From NCBI GenBank assembly GCA_038853715.1, contig JAWCJE010000004.1:2718-66717 (forward strand): DNA of 64,000 bases, written 5' to 3'. The notes below the pieces were generated by a model. That model searched no databases and had not been told where the DNA came from. It worked only from the letters and a program-made list of their open reading frames with translations. Made by a program: the position numbers and the translations under genes. Of this stretch, positions 46,872-57,525 are shown piece by piece. The stretch is from Candidatus Nezhaarchaeales archaeon. Its GTDB lineage: Archaea > Thermoproteota > Methanomethylicia > Nezhaarchaeales > JAWCJE01. The first letter of the stretch is position 1; each line of letters begins with the position of its first letter.

Positions 46872-47639
46872 GTGACGTTAATGAGTTACGTGGAGATATC
46901 CGATAAACTGTTTAAGCTGTTAAAGCTTGAAACGACTCCGGTGGCGATTAAGCTGTTAAAGGATGTAAGTGAGGCTGGCGATAAGGTTAGGAGGCCCCGC
47001 GTTAAACTAGCAGCCTGTCAGATATGGAATATAGCTAGGTTCTATGGATGGGTTTTCGCTGGATCCGTTGAAGATATGGCTTGTGCTCCTGGAGCGGCCG
47101 CGTTAGGGTTTATCGAGGTACCACCGCAGATAGCTTCAGGCGAAATAGCTAAGGCGAGGCTTTCCTCACTCGAGGTAGCTAAAAGGACCGAGGAGGCTGT
47201 ACCTAGGCTTAAGCCAGGTACTTGGAGAGCCATGGTTGCAGCCCCCTTAGAACGGGCTACCTTCACCCCTGACGTAGTATTAATATACGCATCACCCGCT
47301 CAAGCCTTAAGGTTAAGTCAAGGATACGGTTGGAGGAACGGTGATAAAACTAGGCTTAGCACCCTCGGCGAATACGCGTGCGCTGAGTGTATAGCCCAGG
47401 TCCTCTTGGAGGGTAAACCCTTCCTAGTAAATCCATGCTACGGTGAACGTAGGTTCGGGCTGACTAGGGACTACGAGTTATGCTTCTCAACCCCGCCTAC
47501 CTACCTACAGGATATTATAGTGGGGCTTGAAAAAACACATGAAGCCGGGTGGAGGTACCCGATACCTTACTTCGGCGTTTTAGCTCAACCCTACGATGGA
47601 GGCTTTCCACCACTCTACAGAATGGACTATAAAAAGTAG
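46872..47639 (+). CDS. DUF169-family protein
   Basis: 255 aa; TPVAIKLL...LAACQIWNIARFYGWVFAGS..CAPGAAALGF pattern typical of DUF169 (COG2043). Confidence 0.45.
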   Translation: MTLMSYVEISDKLFKLLKLETTPVAIKLLKDVSEAGDKVRRPRVKLAACQIWNIARFYGWVFAGSVEDMACAPGAAALGFIEVPPQIASGEIAKARLSSLEVAKRTEEAVPRLKPGTWRAMVAAPLERATFTPDVVLIYASPAQALRLSQGYGWRNGDKTRLSTLGEYACAECIAQVLLEGKPFLVNPCYGERRFGLTRDYELCFSTPPTYLQDIIVGLEKTHEAGWRYPIPYFGVLAQPYDGGFPPLYRMDYKK

Positions 47640-47668
47640 GGGGAGGGTAAGCCTCCTACATCTTATTT

Positions 47669-48913
47669 TTATGCTCGAGTATGTCGGCGTTCACCATCCT
47701 TCAATCCTCGAGCTAGGCCGCATAGCATAGCGGTAGCCACGAATATGATGGCGCAGGCGGTGAACGCCGCCGCGTAGCTACCGGTTAGGTCGAACGTATA
47801 ACCGGCGAACGTGGGTCCTATTGCTCCACCTAAGCCGAACGTAGTAGCCATAGCCCCGAGGATGGATCCTAGATGGGTAAGCCCGAAGAAATCGCTGGTT
47901 ATCGGCGTATACATGGCTATCCAGCCCCCGTAGAAGAAGCCGAATAGGGCTGCGAATAGGTAGAGCGTTAAGGGGTTATTGGAGAATAATAGGATAGGTA
48001 TGGTTAAGGCTTCACCCAAGTAGCATGAAATAAGGGTTAGGGGCCTACTGATCCTATCTGATGTAGCCCCCATAACCACCTTACCCGTGATCCCAGCGAT
48101 CCCGATGAGGCCTAGGGCGAAGGACGCTGAGGAGGGATCTATACCGATGTCGGTAGCGTAAGGAACCATGTGAACCATCACTATGAAGAGGGCTAGACTA
48201 GCTAGCATAAAGCTTAGGTAGAGGGCCCAGAAAACCTTAGTTTTAACGGCTTCCTTAAGCGAAAGGGCTTTACCGTTTACCGTTAAAGCGTACCGGGTTG
48301 ATTTAAGCCCCACCTCGTAGGATGGAAGCTTTAACTCTTCAGGGCTCCGCTTCACTATAGAGGCCGCTGTAAGCAGCATGGCCATGGTGGCCGCGCCTAC
48401 AACGATAAAGGAGGTCCTCCAGCCGTAAGCCCCTATTAGGTAGGTTGAAAGTGGGGCCATAACCCATTGACCGACCCCTATACCCGAGGTAGCTATACCG
48501 GTCGCTAATCCCCGCTTCTGGACGAACCACTTCATAAGCGTCGACATAACCGAAACGTAGAGGGGGCTCATACCCACCCCGACAAGGAGGCCGAAGGAGA
48601 CATAAAGGTGCCATATCGACGATGTCATTCCGCTTAACATTAAACCTAAACCAGTTAGAACGCCGCCAATACCCATTAACGCCCTAGGACCGTACCTATC
48701 GTATAGTGAGCCCACCGGGATAATCATGACTGAGTATGTAACCATCGTTAACGCGTGAACTGAGGATGCAACCGTACGTGACCATCCGAACTCGGAAATA
48801 AGAGGTTTTAAGAAAACCCCGTAAAGATATAGTATGCATTCAGCAAATAAGACGAGGAAGCCAGCAGCTACAATGATCCATCCGTAGGAAAAACGGAAAC
48901 CCTTAAACACCAT
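47669..48913 (-). CDS. MFS transporter (oxalate/formate antiporter-like)
   Basis: 414 aa, 12 TM, MFS motif region GSLYDRYGPRALMGIGG. Confidence 0.7.
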   Translation of the reverse strand: MVFKGFRFSYGWIIVAAGFLVLFAECILYLYGVFLKPLISEFGWSRTVASSVHALTMVTYSVMIIPVGSLYDRYGPRALMGIGGVLTGLGLMLSGMTSSIWHLYVSFGLLVGVGMSPLYVSVMSTLMKWFVQKRGLATGIATSGIGVGQWVMAPLSTYLIGAYGWRTSFIVVGAATMAMLLTAASIVKRSPEELKLPSYEVGLKSTRYALTVNGKALSLKEAVKTKVFWALYLSFMLASLALFIVMVHMVPYATDIGIDPSSASFALGLIGIAGITGKVVMGATSDRISRPLTLISCYLGEALTIPILLFSNNPLTLYLFAALFGFFYGGWIAMYTPITSDFFGLTHLGSILGAMATTFGLGGAIGPTFAGYTFDLTGSYAAAFTACAIIFVATAMLCGLARGLKDGERRHTRA

Positions 48914-48998
48914 CTACACCTCGGGAAGCGCGTCGAAGCCTTAAGCCTACTATTGGCCTAAACATATTTAGGCTTTAAACCGGGTTGGTAAAGTTTAA

Positions 48999-49187
48999 AT
49001 GCGGCCGTACAGTAATGACGATCGTGGTTTAATGGTTATTAAGCGGAAATGCTTACACGGCGAGGTCGAATTCTTAGGTGAACAGAGGGGGGAGAAGGGG
49101 GTTAATAGGTATTATAGGTGCTTAAAGTGCGGCAGCGTATTAATACTATCGGAGGAAAAAGTTTTATATGAAATAGCTGGATCTTAA
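48999..49187 (+). CDS. Small zinc-ribbon protein (C..H...CLKCG)
   Basis: 62 aa. Confidence 0.3.
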   Translation: MRPYSNDDRGLMVIKRKCLHGEVEFLGEQRGEKGVNRYYRCLKCGSVLILSEEKVLYEIAGS

Positions 49188-49329
49188 ACGTCCTCTTCAA
49201 CCCACCTTTAATCTGGAAGGGGGTTGAATATCTACGCTTAAGAGGCCTATTGTAGGCTTCGTCTTATCGCTTATTTCAGGGGTCTTCATCCTCCTTAACG
49301 CCGCCCTACTAAGTTTAACGCACATATTC

Positions 49330-49602
49330 ATGATATTCTACCTCGCCCTACGCCAGCCGCATTGGACGTGGGACGGATTCTTCACGGCGCCGACGTGGTT
49401 CACGTTCTCCCTAACCGTCTTCGGTGTTATATGCGGGCTCGCCGTACTAATAGGCGTCTATCGCCTCTATAAGGGTAGGAACGTTTCAGGCGGCGTACTA
49501 GTCATCCTCTTCTCCACTCTCAGCCTACTTATAGGCGGGGGCTTCATCATAGGCTTCATACTTGGAGTAGTCGGAGGAGCCTTCGCGATAGCTGGCATAT
49601 AG
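49330..49602 (+). CDS. Small membrane protein (2-3 TM, glycine-zipper C-terminus)
   Basis: 90 aa; the open frame extends upstream without a start codon. Confidence 0.35.
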   Translation: MIFYLALRQPHWTWDGFFTAPTWFTFSLTVFGVICGLAVLIGVYRLYKGRNVSGGVLVILFSTLSLLIGGGFIIGFILGVVGGAFAIAGI

Positions 49603-49838
49603 TTAAGGATGAAGCTTATCGATCGGCTTCAGAACGTACGCTACAGCTTTATATGAAGGAAGCGTTAAGGTTGAAGACGTTGTTTACGCCACCTTTACCC
49701 AAACCTTAACGGTCCGCTTTACGGTTTAACTATAGCTTCCCGTAACGCGGAAATCGTGGTTTTCACGTCATTAACGGTTTTACCGTGAGTCTACCTTTAG
49801 GTTAGCTTTAAATCGGTGGAGAGGCCTCATTTTAAACG

Positions 49839-50261
49839 GTGTTTATGTTAAACGTGTTCTTTTACGAGTTTGAGGTATCGACGGGTAGCAGGGTTGAACT
49901 GATCGATATAAGCGGTAACGTTGAAAACGCGGTTAAACGTAGCGGCGTTAAGGATGGAATATGCCTCGTCTACGCGCCGCACGCAACGGTCGCCATAGTG
50001 GTTAACGAGCACGAGGCCGGCCTTATGCGCGACGTCATAGCTAAAGCAGAGCATGATTACCCTCGCGGCGCCGGTTGGCTTCACGATAGGATCGACGATA
50101 ATGCTAACGCGCATTTAGCCTCGGCCTTCATAGGTTCAGCTAGAGTGTTCCCGGTTAAGGGCGGAGCACTCATCAGGGGGACTTGGCAGAACGTATTCCT
50201 ACTTGAAATGGATGGGCCTAGAAGATCTAGAAGAGTGATCGTCGAGGTGTTAGGCGTCTAG
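49839..50261 (+). CDS. YjbQ/UPF0047-family protein (secondary thiamine-phosphate synthase family)
   Basis: GICLVYAPHATVAIVVNE..DNANAHLASAFIGSARVFPVKGGALIRGTWQNVFLLEMDGPRRSR matches the YjbQ signature. Confidence 0.65.
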   Translation: MFMLNVFFYEFEVSTGSRVELIDISGNVENAVKRSGVKDGICLVYAPHATVAIVVNEHEAGLMRDVIAKAEHDYPRGAGWLHDRIDDNANAHLASAFIGSARVFPVKGGALIRGTWQNVFLLEMDGPRRSRRVIVEVLGV

Positions 50262-50451
50262 AAAACGGTGAGCCAGTCACTCGGAGGCTGCCTCAACCTT
50301 AAGCTTTAAGGCGTGTAGGCTTAATCTCCTACTAGAGATGATTCGTTGAGAAAACGCCATTTCCAATGCGGCCTCCACTAAGAGTGGAGGTCAAGCTTAA
50401 TGTTTAAACCTATTTTTTAAACTGAAGTTTCGATGGAGAAAGCTTAATTGG

Positions 50452-51912
50452 TTGAAACCAGTATTTCCAATGCGGTCTTCAATGGAAACCGTTGAGCTCG
50501 AGGACTTATGTGAATACGCGGTGAAGGTAGGTGTTAAACTAGGCGCCAGCTACGTTGAAGTTAGGGGGCAGTTAGACGAAGGGAGGACGTTAACCTCGAG
50601 GAACGGCGTCATAGAAGCTTACACCTCGTCCTTATCGAGTGGGATAGGGTTAAGGGTGCTGGTTAATGGCAGCGTTGGCTTAGCTTCGCTTAACGAGCTA
50701 AGTAAGGAGGCGGTTAAGGATAGGGTTAAGGAGGCGGTTAAAATGGCTAAGGCATCCATTAAGCTAGCAGAGAAGGTTAAACTATCTGAGGAGGAAACGG
50801 TAAGGGCTAAGTGGGCTATAACTGAGAGGAAAGACTTTGACGACGTACCCCTCGAGGAAAAGGTTAAGCTCTTAACGGACTTAGATAGGCGGTTAACATC
50901 GCTATCCGTTAACGTGGCGGCTAGGATCCTAGAGTTATCGGAGCTTCGTGCCGTTAAGTACTACGCTAATAGCGAAGGTAGCAGCATTAACGGTTACGCA
51001 CCCAGGATTATGGCCTGGGCTACGCTCGTAGTGAAGGAGGTAGGTGATAGCGAGCAAGCGTTTATTCAGCGTGGCGGTAGTGGAGGATGGGAGGTTTTTG
51101 AAGGCCTAAAGTTTGAAGATGAATGCGTTAAAACCGCTATAGTCCTAGGGAGGCTGTTAAGGGAGGCGAAGCTAGTACCGAGCGGGGAAATAGATATAGT
51201 TTTAGGCGGCGATGTAACTGGTATCGCGGTTCATGAATCCACGGGGCACCCGTATGAAGCGGATAGGATTCTAGGTAGGGAGGTTGCGCAAGCAGGAGGT
51301 TCCTTCGTAAAGCCCGATATGCTAGGCCGGACTATAGGGTCTGAGTGCGTAACGGTGATTGACGACCCAACGCTTAATGGGGGCTACGGCTCATACGCGT
51401 ACGACGATGAAGGCGTAAAAGCTAGGCCCAAGCTACTGATGAAGAATGGGAGGATAAACGAGTTCCTACATAATAGGTTTACGGCCGCTGTTTTTAACGT
51501 TAAAAGCAATGGGTCGGCTAGGGTTTCAGATTACGCTAAGGAGCCACTTGTAAGGATGTCTAACACCTACATAGCGCCCGGAGACTATGGGCTTGAGGAA
51601 CTCATCGAGGGAGTGAAGCTAGGAGTATACGTCTTAAGCTTCACGGAGTGGAACATAGACGACGTAAGGTATAACATGAGGATCGTAGGGGGCGAATCGT
51701 ACCTAATCGAGAACGGTAAGATAACAGGGATGGTTAGGAGACCCATCGTAGAGATCACTACACCGGCCTTCTATAGTAGTATCGACGCTGTAGGTAAGGA
51801 GCTCGTATTCCAAGCAGCTTCCTGCGGTAAGGGTGATCCACAACAGCCGGTACCAGTTTGGACTGGTGGACCAGCTATTAGACTTAGGAAGGTACGCGTA
51901 GCTAAACCGTAA
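50452..51912 (+). CDS. TldD/PmbA-family (peptidase U62) protein
   Basis: AVHESTGHPYEAD (HExxxH metal site), GSFV, YDDEG motifs; 486 aa. Confidence 0.7.
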   Translation: MKPVFPMRSSMETVELEDLCEYAVKVGVKLGASYVEVRGQLDEGRTLTSRNGVIEAYTSSLSSGIGLRVLVNGSVGLASLNELSKEAVKDRVKEAVKMAKASIKLAEKVKLSEEETVRAKWAITERKDFDDVPLEEKVKLLTDLDRRLTSLSVNVAARILELSELRAVKYYANSEGSSINGYAPRIMAWATLVVKEVGDSEQAFIQRGGSGGWEVFEGLKFEDECVKTAIVLGRLLREAKLVPSGEIDIVLGGDVTGIAVHESTGHPYEADRILGREVAQAGGSFVKPDMLGRTIGSECVTVIDDPTLNGGYGSYAYDDEGVKARPKLLMKNGRINEFLHNRFTAAVFNVKSNGSARVSDYAKEPLVRMSNTYIAPGDYGLEELIEGVKLGVYVLSFTEWNIDDVRYNMRIVGGESYLIENGKITGMVRRPIVEITTPAFYSSIDAVGKELVFQAASCGKGDPQQPVPVWTGGPAIRLRKVRVAKP

Positions 51913-51920
51913 GGCAATCA

Positions 51921-52232
51921 TCATGGGGATAGTGCGAACAGCTTAATTAAAGCTACTATTAAGCCTACGATAAGCTTCTCTAGGAAGCCGATACGCCTAT
52001 CAACGTAATACCTTAAATCTTCAAATCTTTTGTTTACGTCTTCGAACCTTCTGTTTATTAGGTCTATTAGTAGTTTTAGGTCTTCTTTTGTTGCTAGTTT
52101 ATTCCATGGTGTTAGTTTGATAAGTAGTTCGTATATTAGTCCAGGTTTAACCTCTAAAGCCTTAACGATAACCTCGGGGTGTTCAATTAAAACCCTTTCA
52201 ACCTGTTCTAGTAACGACAAGTACGCCGCCAT
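51921..52232 (-). CDS. Hypothetical protein with C-terminal TM helix
   Basis: 103 aa. Confidence 0.3.
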   Translation of the reverse strand: MAAYLSLLEQVERVLIEHPEVIVKALEVKPGLIYELLIKLTPWNKLATKEDLKLLIDLINRRFEDVNKRFEDLRYYVDRRIGFLEKLIVGLIVALIKLFALSP

Positions 52233-52427
52233 AAAGCATGGCTAAAAAGCTTTCATAGCTAATTGAGGGAGGCGAACGAGGAGTTAGGGGCTTAACGCGT
52301 AGTTCTAAGGGCTTTAACCGGTTCCACGTTTATCCCCGTACCTCTTAATGGAAGTATGGTGAATAAGTTAAGACTAAAGCTGTTTAGAATAGTCTCCTTC
52401 TCGATGAAGGTCCACGACCCTTAACGG

Positions 52428-53600
52428 TTAGAGTATGTAGTGTCCTTTACTTATGCCTTCGGCTATTACGTTATTGTTTACTTCACTTGTCCCCTCATAT
52501 ATTCTAAGAACCCTAGCGTTACGGTAGTAGCGTTCAACGTCATACTCGAGGATGTAGCCGTAGCCCCCGAATACTTGGATTGCTTGATCTATTACCTCGT
52601 TCGAGACTTCAGCCGCGTAGTTCTTAGCCATGGACGCCATCACGAAGAGCTGTTGAGGCGCATACTTACCTTGATCTATCGCCCAGCCTACCCTGTAGGT
52701 AAGCATTCTAGCGGCTTCAATCTTAACCGCCATTTCCGCCAGTTTATGCTGGATGGCTTGGAACTCTATTATGGGGCGTCCGAACTGCTTCCGCTTCTTA
52801 GCGTAGTTAAGCGCTCGGTCGAAGGCGCCCTGAGCCATACCGACGCCATAGGATGCCGCCCTAGCCCTACCTATAGTGAAGAAGCGTAAAGCATAGTAGA
52901 AGCCACGGTTCTCCTGGCCGAGGAGGGCTTCCTTCGGTATGCGCGCGTTATTAAAGAAGATTTCACCTATAGGGGTACCCTTTTGACCCATTTTACCGGT
53001 TATCTTGGTTACGTCAACCCCTTCAACCCCGCGTTCAACAATAAATAGGCTTTGCCCTCTATAGGGCGGTGAAGCCTTAGGGTTGGTTTGACATAACACC
53101 ACGTAGAAGCTGGCTATGGGCGCATTGGATATGAAAGTTTTAACTCCGTTAATCACGTAGTGATCGCCATCCTTGAGGGCCGTAGTGGATAACGACGTAA
53201 GGTCACTTCCATGCTCAGGCTCGGTGAAAGCTCCGGATGATACTGCTTCACCGCGCGTTATGAGGGGTAGGTACTTCTTCTTCTGCTCCTCGGATCCGAA
53301 TTCGTGGATAAGGTCTGAGCCGAAGGGGCCGCTCATTAACGCTTGACCTAGCGTCGCGTCGGCCCGGACGAACTCCTCGTGAACCAGTAGGGTTTCGAGG
53401 AGGCCAGTCCCCTGACCTCCATACTCCTCCTTAAAGTGGGGGCATATGAAGCCGAGCTTAGCGGCCTTCCTATACAGGTCCCATGGGAACTCCTCCTTCA
53501 ACTCGCATTCCAAGGCCCTCTCCTTAGTGAACTCCTTAAGGGCGAAGTCGCGGGCCGCCATTTTAATCTCCTTCTGCTCCTCGGTAAGCTCAAAGTCCAA
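52428..53600 (-). CDS. Acyl-CoA dehydrogenase
   Basis: 390 aa; FAD/substrate motifs ..GSDL..KTFISNA.. and a C-terminal catalytic Glu region (YEGTSEV). Confidence 0.8.
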   Translation of the reverse strand: MDFELTEEQKEIKMAARDFALKEFTKERALECELKEEFPWDLYRKAAKLGFICPHFKEEYGGQGTGLLETLLVHEEFVRADATLGQALMSGPFGSDLIHEFGSEEQKKKYLPLITRGEAVSSGAFTEPEHGSDLTSLSTTALKDGDHYVINGVKTFISNAPIASFYVVLCQTNPKASPPYRGQSLFIVERGVEGVDVTKITGKMGQKGTPIGEIFFNNARIPKEALLGQENRGFYYALRFFTIGRARAASYGVGMAQGAFDRALNYAKKRKQFGRPIIEFQAIQHKLAEMAVKIEAARMLTYRVGWAIDQGKYAPQQLFVMASMAKNYAAEVSNEVIDQAIQVFGGYGYILEYDVERYYRNARVLRIYEGTSEVNNNVIAEGISKGHYIL

Positions 53601-53801
53601 GGTTAAACCCCGGAAAAACTAGAGGGCTTCAAACATATAAGGTGATAGTCCCTCTCCACGCCCTAACGGTTAAGGTGTTAGCTACGTAAGTGAAGCCGTT
53701 TAGGGTAAAGGTCGAGGTGTTGACGCTTCAACGTTGGTTGATAGCGGTTTTTGATTAAGGTTTAAACGTTAGCTTAACAGGGTAGGCTTGGTGGTGGCTT
53801 T

Positions 53802-54962
53802 ATGGTTAGGGTTGCGGTGATAGGTGTAGGGTGTTCTAGGTTCGGGGTTCGGAGCGATGTAACCGTTCAGGAGCTTGCCTTCGAAGCCGTTAAGGAGGCG
53901 TTTAACGATTGCAGTATTACGCAGGAAGACGTTGAACTAAGCGTTATAGGATCTGTTGCTACGAGGCTCTACGAGCTCTACCCGGCGGTACCGGTTAACG
54001 AGTACGTTGGGTTAGATGGTAAAGGTCCTTTAAGGGTTGAAGCTGCGTGTGCCTCCGGTAGCGCCGCGTTATATACGGCTTACGCAAGTATAGCTTGCGG
54101 CCAAGTGGATACGGCGATCGTGATAGGCGTAGAGAAGATGAACGAGGTTGATACGGTTACATCGTTAGCCGTGGGGGGTAGAGGTGGTAACTACCTTTGG
54201 GAGTTCCATCTATTCGGAACGACTTTTCCAGCTTACTATGCGCTTTACGCGGCTAGGCATATGTGGAGGTATGGTACGACCGAGGAGCAGCTGGCGATGG
54301 TGGCTGTTAAAGCCCATAAGTACGGCTCCATGAACCCTAAAGCTCACTTCCAGAAGCGTATAACGCTAGATGAAGCTTTAAGGTCTAGGGTTGTAGCTTG
54401 GCCCTTGAAGCTTTACGACTGCTGCCCTATGAGTGATGGTAGCGCCGCGGTCATCCTAGCTTCTGAGGCTAAGGTTAAGGAGCTTCGCGTAGATACTCCT
54501 ATATGGATTGAGGCTATGGGTTACTCCTCGGATACGGCAAACTTGGTTAGGAGGGAAGACTACCTAGGCTTAATGGCGACGGTTAAAGCTGCTCAAATGG
54601 CTTACCGTAAGGCCAGGGTAACACCTAGCGAAGTGGATGTAGCGGCCGTTCATGATTGCTTCACCATAGCCGAGATAATGGCCTACGAGGATCTAGGCTT
54701 CTGCCCTAAGGGACAGGGCGGTAGGATGATTGAAGAGGGGCAAACGGAGATAGGCGGTAGGATACCGGTGAATCTAGATGGAGGCCTTAAGGCTAAGGGG
54801 CATCCGTTAGGCGCTACAGGTGTATCGATGGTTTACGAGTTAACTAAACAGTTAAGAGAAGAGGCGGGTGGAAGGCAGGCTCCGATTAAGAGGGGTGTGG
54901 CTTTAGCGCATAACGTTGGCGGTACGGGGCATTACTGCTGGGTAACGGTACTTAAGAGGTGA
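53802..54962 (+). CDS. Thiolase-like protein (archaeal SCP-x-type acetyl-CoA acetyltransferase)
   Basis: VAVIGVGCSRFG, Cys-containing EAACASGSAA active-site region, C-terminal GHPLGATG. Confidence 0.75.
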   Translation: MVRVAVIGVGCSRFGVRSDVTVQELAFEAVKEAFNDCSITQEDVELSVIGSVATRLYELYPAVPVNEYVGLDGKGPLRVEAACASGSAALYTAYASIACGQVDTAIVIGVEKMNEVDTVTSLAVGGRGGNYLWEFHLFGTTFPAYYALYAARHMWRYGTTEEQLAMVAVKAHKYGSMNPKAHFQKRITLDEALRSRVVAWPLKLYDCCPMSDGSAAVILASEAKVKELRVDTPIWIEAMGYSSDTANLVRREDYLGLMATVKAAQMAYRKARVTPSEVDVAAVHDCFTIAEIMAYEDLGFCPKGQGGRMIEEGQTEIGGRIPVNLDGGLKAKGHPLGATGVSMVYELTKQLREEAGGRQAPIKRGVALAHNVGGTGHYCWVTVLKR

Positions 54963-54969
54963 TTTACGC

Positions 54970-55419
54970 GTGTCTAAAGAGGCTCCCCATATACCTAGTA
55001 GGCCTTTAACCTACGCGCATAAAATACCGATATCGAAGACCGGGGTTTTCTGGGAGAAGTTAAAGTTAGGCGAGGTTTACGCTACTAAGTGTAGGAAGTG
55101 CGGTAAGCTATACTATCCACCTCAGGTTGATTGTCCCCGTTGCTTAACGTCTGAAGCCGAATGGGTTAAACTTAGCGGGGAGGGAAGACTATTTTCATAT
55201 ACGTGGGTTTACTATCAGCCTCAAGGCTTCACCCAGTACCAAAAGCCTTACGCTATAGCTGTGGCCGAGGTGGACGGAGGCGTGAAGGTTATGGGTTGGC
55301 TTGAAGGCGTGAAGCCTGAGGAGGTGAAGATCGGGATGAGGGTCGCGGTTTCAGCTAAAACGCTCCCTGACGGCTACCTCGTGATAGTTTTTAGCCCTAA
55401 GGGGGATGAGTATGGGTAG
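54970..55419 (+). CDS. DUF35 OB-fold/zinc-ribbon protein (thiolase partner)
   Basis: CRKCGKLYYPPQVDCPRC rubredoxin-like ribbon plus OB fold; adjacent to the thiolase. Confidence 0.7.
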   Translation: MSKEAPHIPSRPLTYAHKIPISKTGVFWEKLKLGEVYATKCRKCGKLYYPPQVDCPRCLTSEAEWVKLSGEGRLFSYTWVYYQPQGFTQYQKPYAIAVAEVDGGVKVMGWLEGVKPEEVKIGMRVAVSAKTLPDGYLVIVFSPKGDEYG

Positions 55420-56218
55420 CTACAAGTATTTAACGTATCGGGAGGATGAAGGAGTTGCTTGGATAACCTTGAATAGACCCGAGGTTAGAAACGCGTTAAA
55501 TATGGAGTTACGCGGGGAGATCAAGCAAGCTTTACGGGAGGCCGCTGGAAGCGAGAAGGTTAAGATTATCGTAGTAACAGGTGCTGGTGGGAATTTTTGC
55601 GCCGGGGCGGACCTTAAGGAGTTCATGACGATGGAGGCGAAAGACATAGAAGCATACCTAGATCGGTACGGAACCGCCGTAATAGCTAGGATGATCATGG
55701 ACCTGGATAAGCTCGTTATAGCGGCCGTAGACGGCTTCTGCATGGCCGGAGGCTTAGAGATCGTTGAGGCTTGCGATTTAGCGATCGCTACGGAACGCGC
55801 GCGGTTTGGACAGACCGAGGTTAACGTGGGTTTAATGCCCGGTGGAGGAGGAACCCAGATGCTAGTTAGGCTTATCGGGTTGAAGAGGGCTAAGGAAATG
55901 GTGGCCACCGGGAAGCTGATCGACGCCTATGAAGCTGAGAGGATAGGCTTAGTTAACAAGGTGGTACCAGCTGAAAGGTTGGAGGAGGAGGTTAAGGGTT
56001 TATGCGTTCAACTATTAAGGAAGGCGCCGTTAACGCTTAAACTGATTAAGAAGGCGGTAAACTATTTAACGCGTAAAGAGCTCGAAGAAGGGTTTAAGTA
56101 TGAGAAGGAGCTCTTCATAAGGTGCTGGCTTAGCGAGGATAGGGTTGAAGGGATAAGGGCCTTCCTAGAAAAAAGGGAGCCTAGGTACGTAGGCAGGGAC
56201 CCGTTAGCCGAGCGTTAA
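55406..56218 (+). CDS. Enoyl-CoA hydratase/isomerase (crotonase fold)
   Basis: VTGAGGNFCAGADLKEF oxyanion-hole motif; 270 aa. Confidence 0.8.
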   Translation: MSMGSYKYLTYREDEGVAWITLNRPEVRNALNMELRGEIKQALREAAGSEKVKIIVVTGAGGNFCAGADLKEFMTMEAKDIEAYLDRYGTAVIARMIMDLDKLVIAAVDGFCMAGGLEIVEACDLAIATERARFGQTEVNVGLMPGGGGTQMLVRLIGLKRAKEMVATGKLIDAYEAERIGLVNKVVPAERLEEEVKGLCVQLLRKAPLTLKLIKKAVNYLTRKELEEGFKYEKELFIRCWLSEDRVEGIRAFLEKREPRYVGRDPLAER

Positions 56219-56956
56219 GTAGCCGCCGTTCACGCTGAGAGTCTGCCCAGTTATATAGCTGGCTTCGTCGGAGGCGAGGAAGAGTACGACGTTAGCTACA
56301 TCCGCCGGTAGGCCTAACCTACCGAGCGGGTAAGCCTTTACAAGCCGTTCCTTACCCACCCTCTCTATGAAGGATTTGGATCCAGGAGTTTCAACGAGCG
56401 CTGGCGATACACAGTTAACCCTCACCCCGTACCTCGCTACCTCCTTAGCTAAAGCCTTACTAAACATGTTTACGGCCGCCTTAGCCCCTGAGTAAACTGA
56501 TAGTGTCGGTTCCCCTATCCTTCCCGCGTCGGAGATTACGTTTATGATTACGCCCGACTTCTGCTTAACCATGTAGTCGAGAACGGCGCGCGTACAGTAT
56601 AACGTGCCGTAATATATGATTTTTATCTGCCTATCCCATTCCTCCTCGGTTTGCTCCATGAAGAACTTAACCGGCCACCACGCCGCGTTATTAACTAGTA
56701 CGTCTATCCTCCCGAAGGTATCCGCCGCCTTCCCAACCATCTCACGTACCTCGTTAGACTTGGATACGTCAGCCTTCACCGGGAGCGCTTTACCCCCGGC
56801 TGCTTCAACCTCCTTAACCACTTTCTCGGCTGCCTCTAGGTTTACGTCGTTAACCACTACGTTAGCGCCCTCCCTACCGAAGGAGATCGCTATCTCTCTA
56901 CCAATACCTGAACCTGCACCCGTTACTATTACGACCTTACCTTGAAACCTCGCCAT
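56204..56956 (-). CDS. Short-chain dehydrogenase/reductase (3-oxoacyl reductase-like)
   Basis: VTGAGSGIGREIA (TGxxxGxG), NNAA, YSGAK (YxxxK). Confidence 0.8.
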   Translation of the reverse strand: MARFQGKVVIVTGAGSGIGREIAISFGREGANVVVNDVNLEAAEKVVKEVEAAGGKALPVKADVSKSNEVREMVGKAADTFGRIDVLVNNAAWWPVKFFMEQTEEEWDRQIKIIYYGTLYCTRAVLDYMVKQKSGVIINVISDAGRIGEPTLSVYSGAKAAVNMFSKALAKEVARYGVRVNCVSPALVETPGSKSFIERVGKERLVKAYPLGRLGLPADVANVVLFLASDEASYITGQTLSVNGGYLTLG

Positions 56957-57061
56957 ACTAACCCCTAGCTTAGATTTGCTTGAAGATATTTAAGCCTCGC
57001 TTATATAAGCCGTGTAATCCGTTTATTTACCGGTAAACGCGTATACGTGAGCCTGTTAAGC

Positions 57062-57352
57062 CTAGCCATGCCTATAGTAAACGCCGAAGCCGCCTGGCGG
57101 ATAACTCCATTCCACCGCGTCCGGGCAGATGATCCTACAGGCTCCGCATTCAAGGCATCCCTCGTGGACGTGTTGAACCTCCCCCTTCTCGTTTAGGGTG
57201 AAGAGGCCCGCTGGACAAACGTATAGGCAGGGTTTCGCTACGCATTTAACGCATACCTCTTTACGTAGCTTTATATGGGGCTCCGTATGCCTTTCAAAAC
57301 CGGTAAGCGTTAACCTTTCCTCCGTCGATAGCTTCTTACTCGTTTCACTCAT
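57062..57352 (-). CDS. FixX-like ferredoxin (single 4Fe-4S motif)
   Basis: CVKCVAKPCLYVCPAG...CLECGACRIICP; 96 aa. Confidence 0.5.
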   Translation of the reverse strand: MSETSKKLSTEERLTLTGFERHTEPHIKLRKEVCVKCVAKPCLYVCPAGLFTLNEKGEVQHVHEGCLECGACRIICPDAVEWSYPPGGFGVYYRHG

Positions 57353-57525
57353 AGGGGTCGCGTAAACATTATACGTCGGCTATTTAAGGTTGATGGAGGA
57401 GTTCATGCTTAAAGTTTTTACGTCGAGCCTCCTTTTCAAGGCCGCGATGAACACGTTTCCCTTCAATCTTTTAACCCGTAAGACCTAAAGCTAGGCACGC
57501 TCGTTACATATAACTACTGAAGAGG

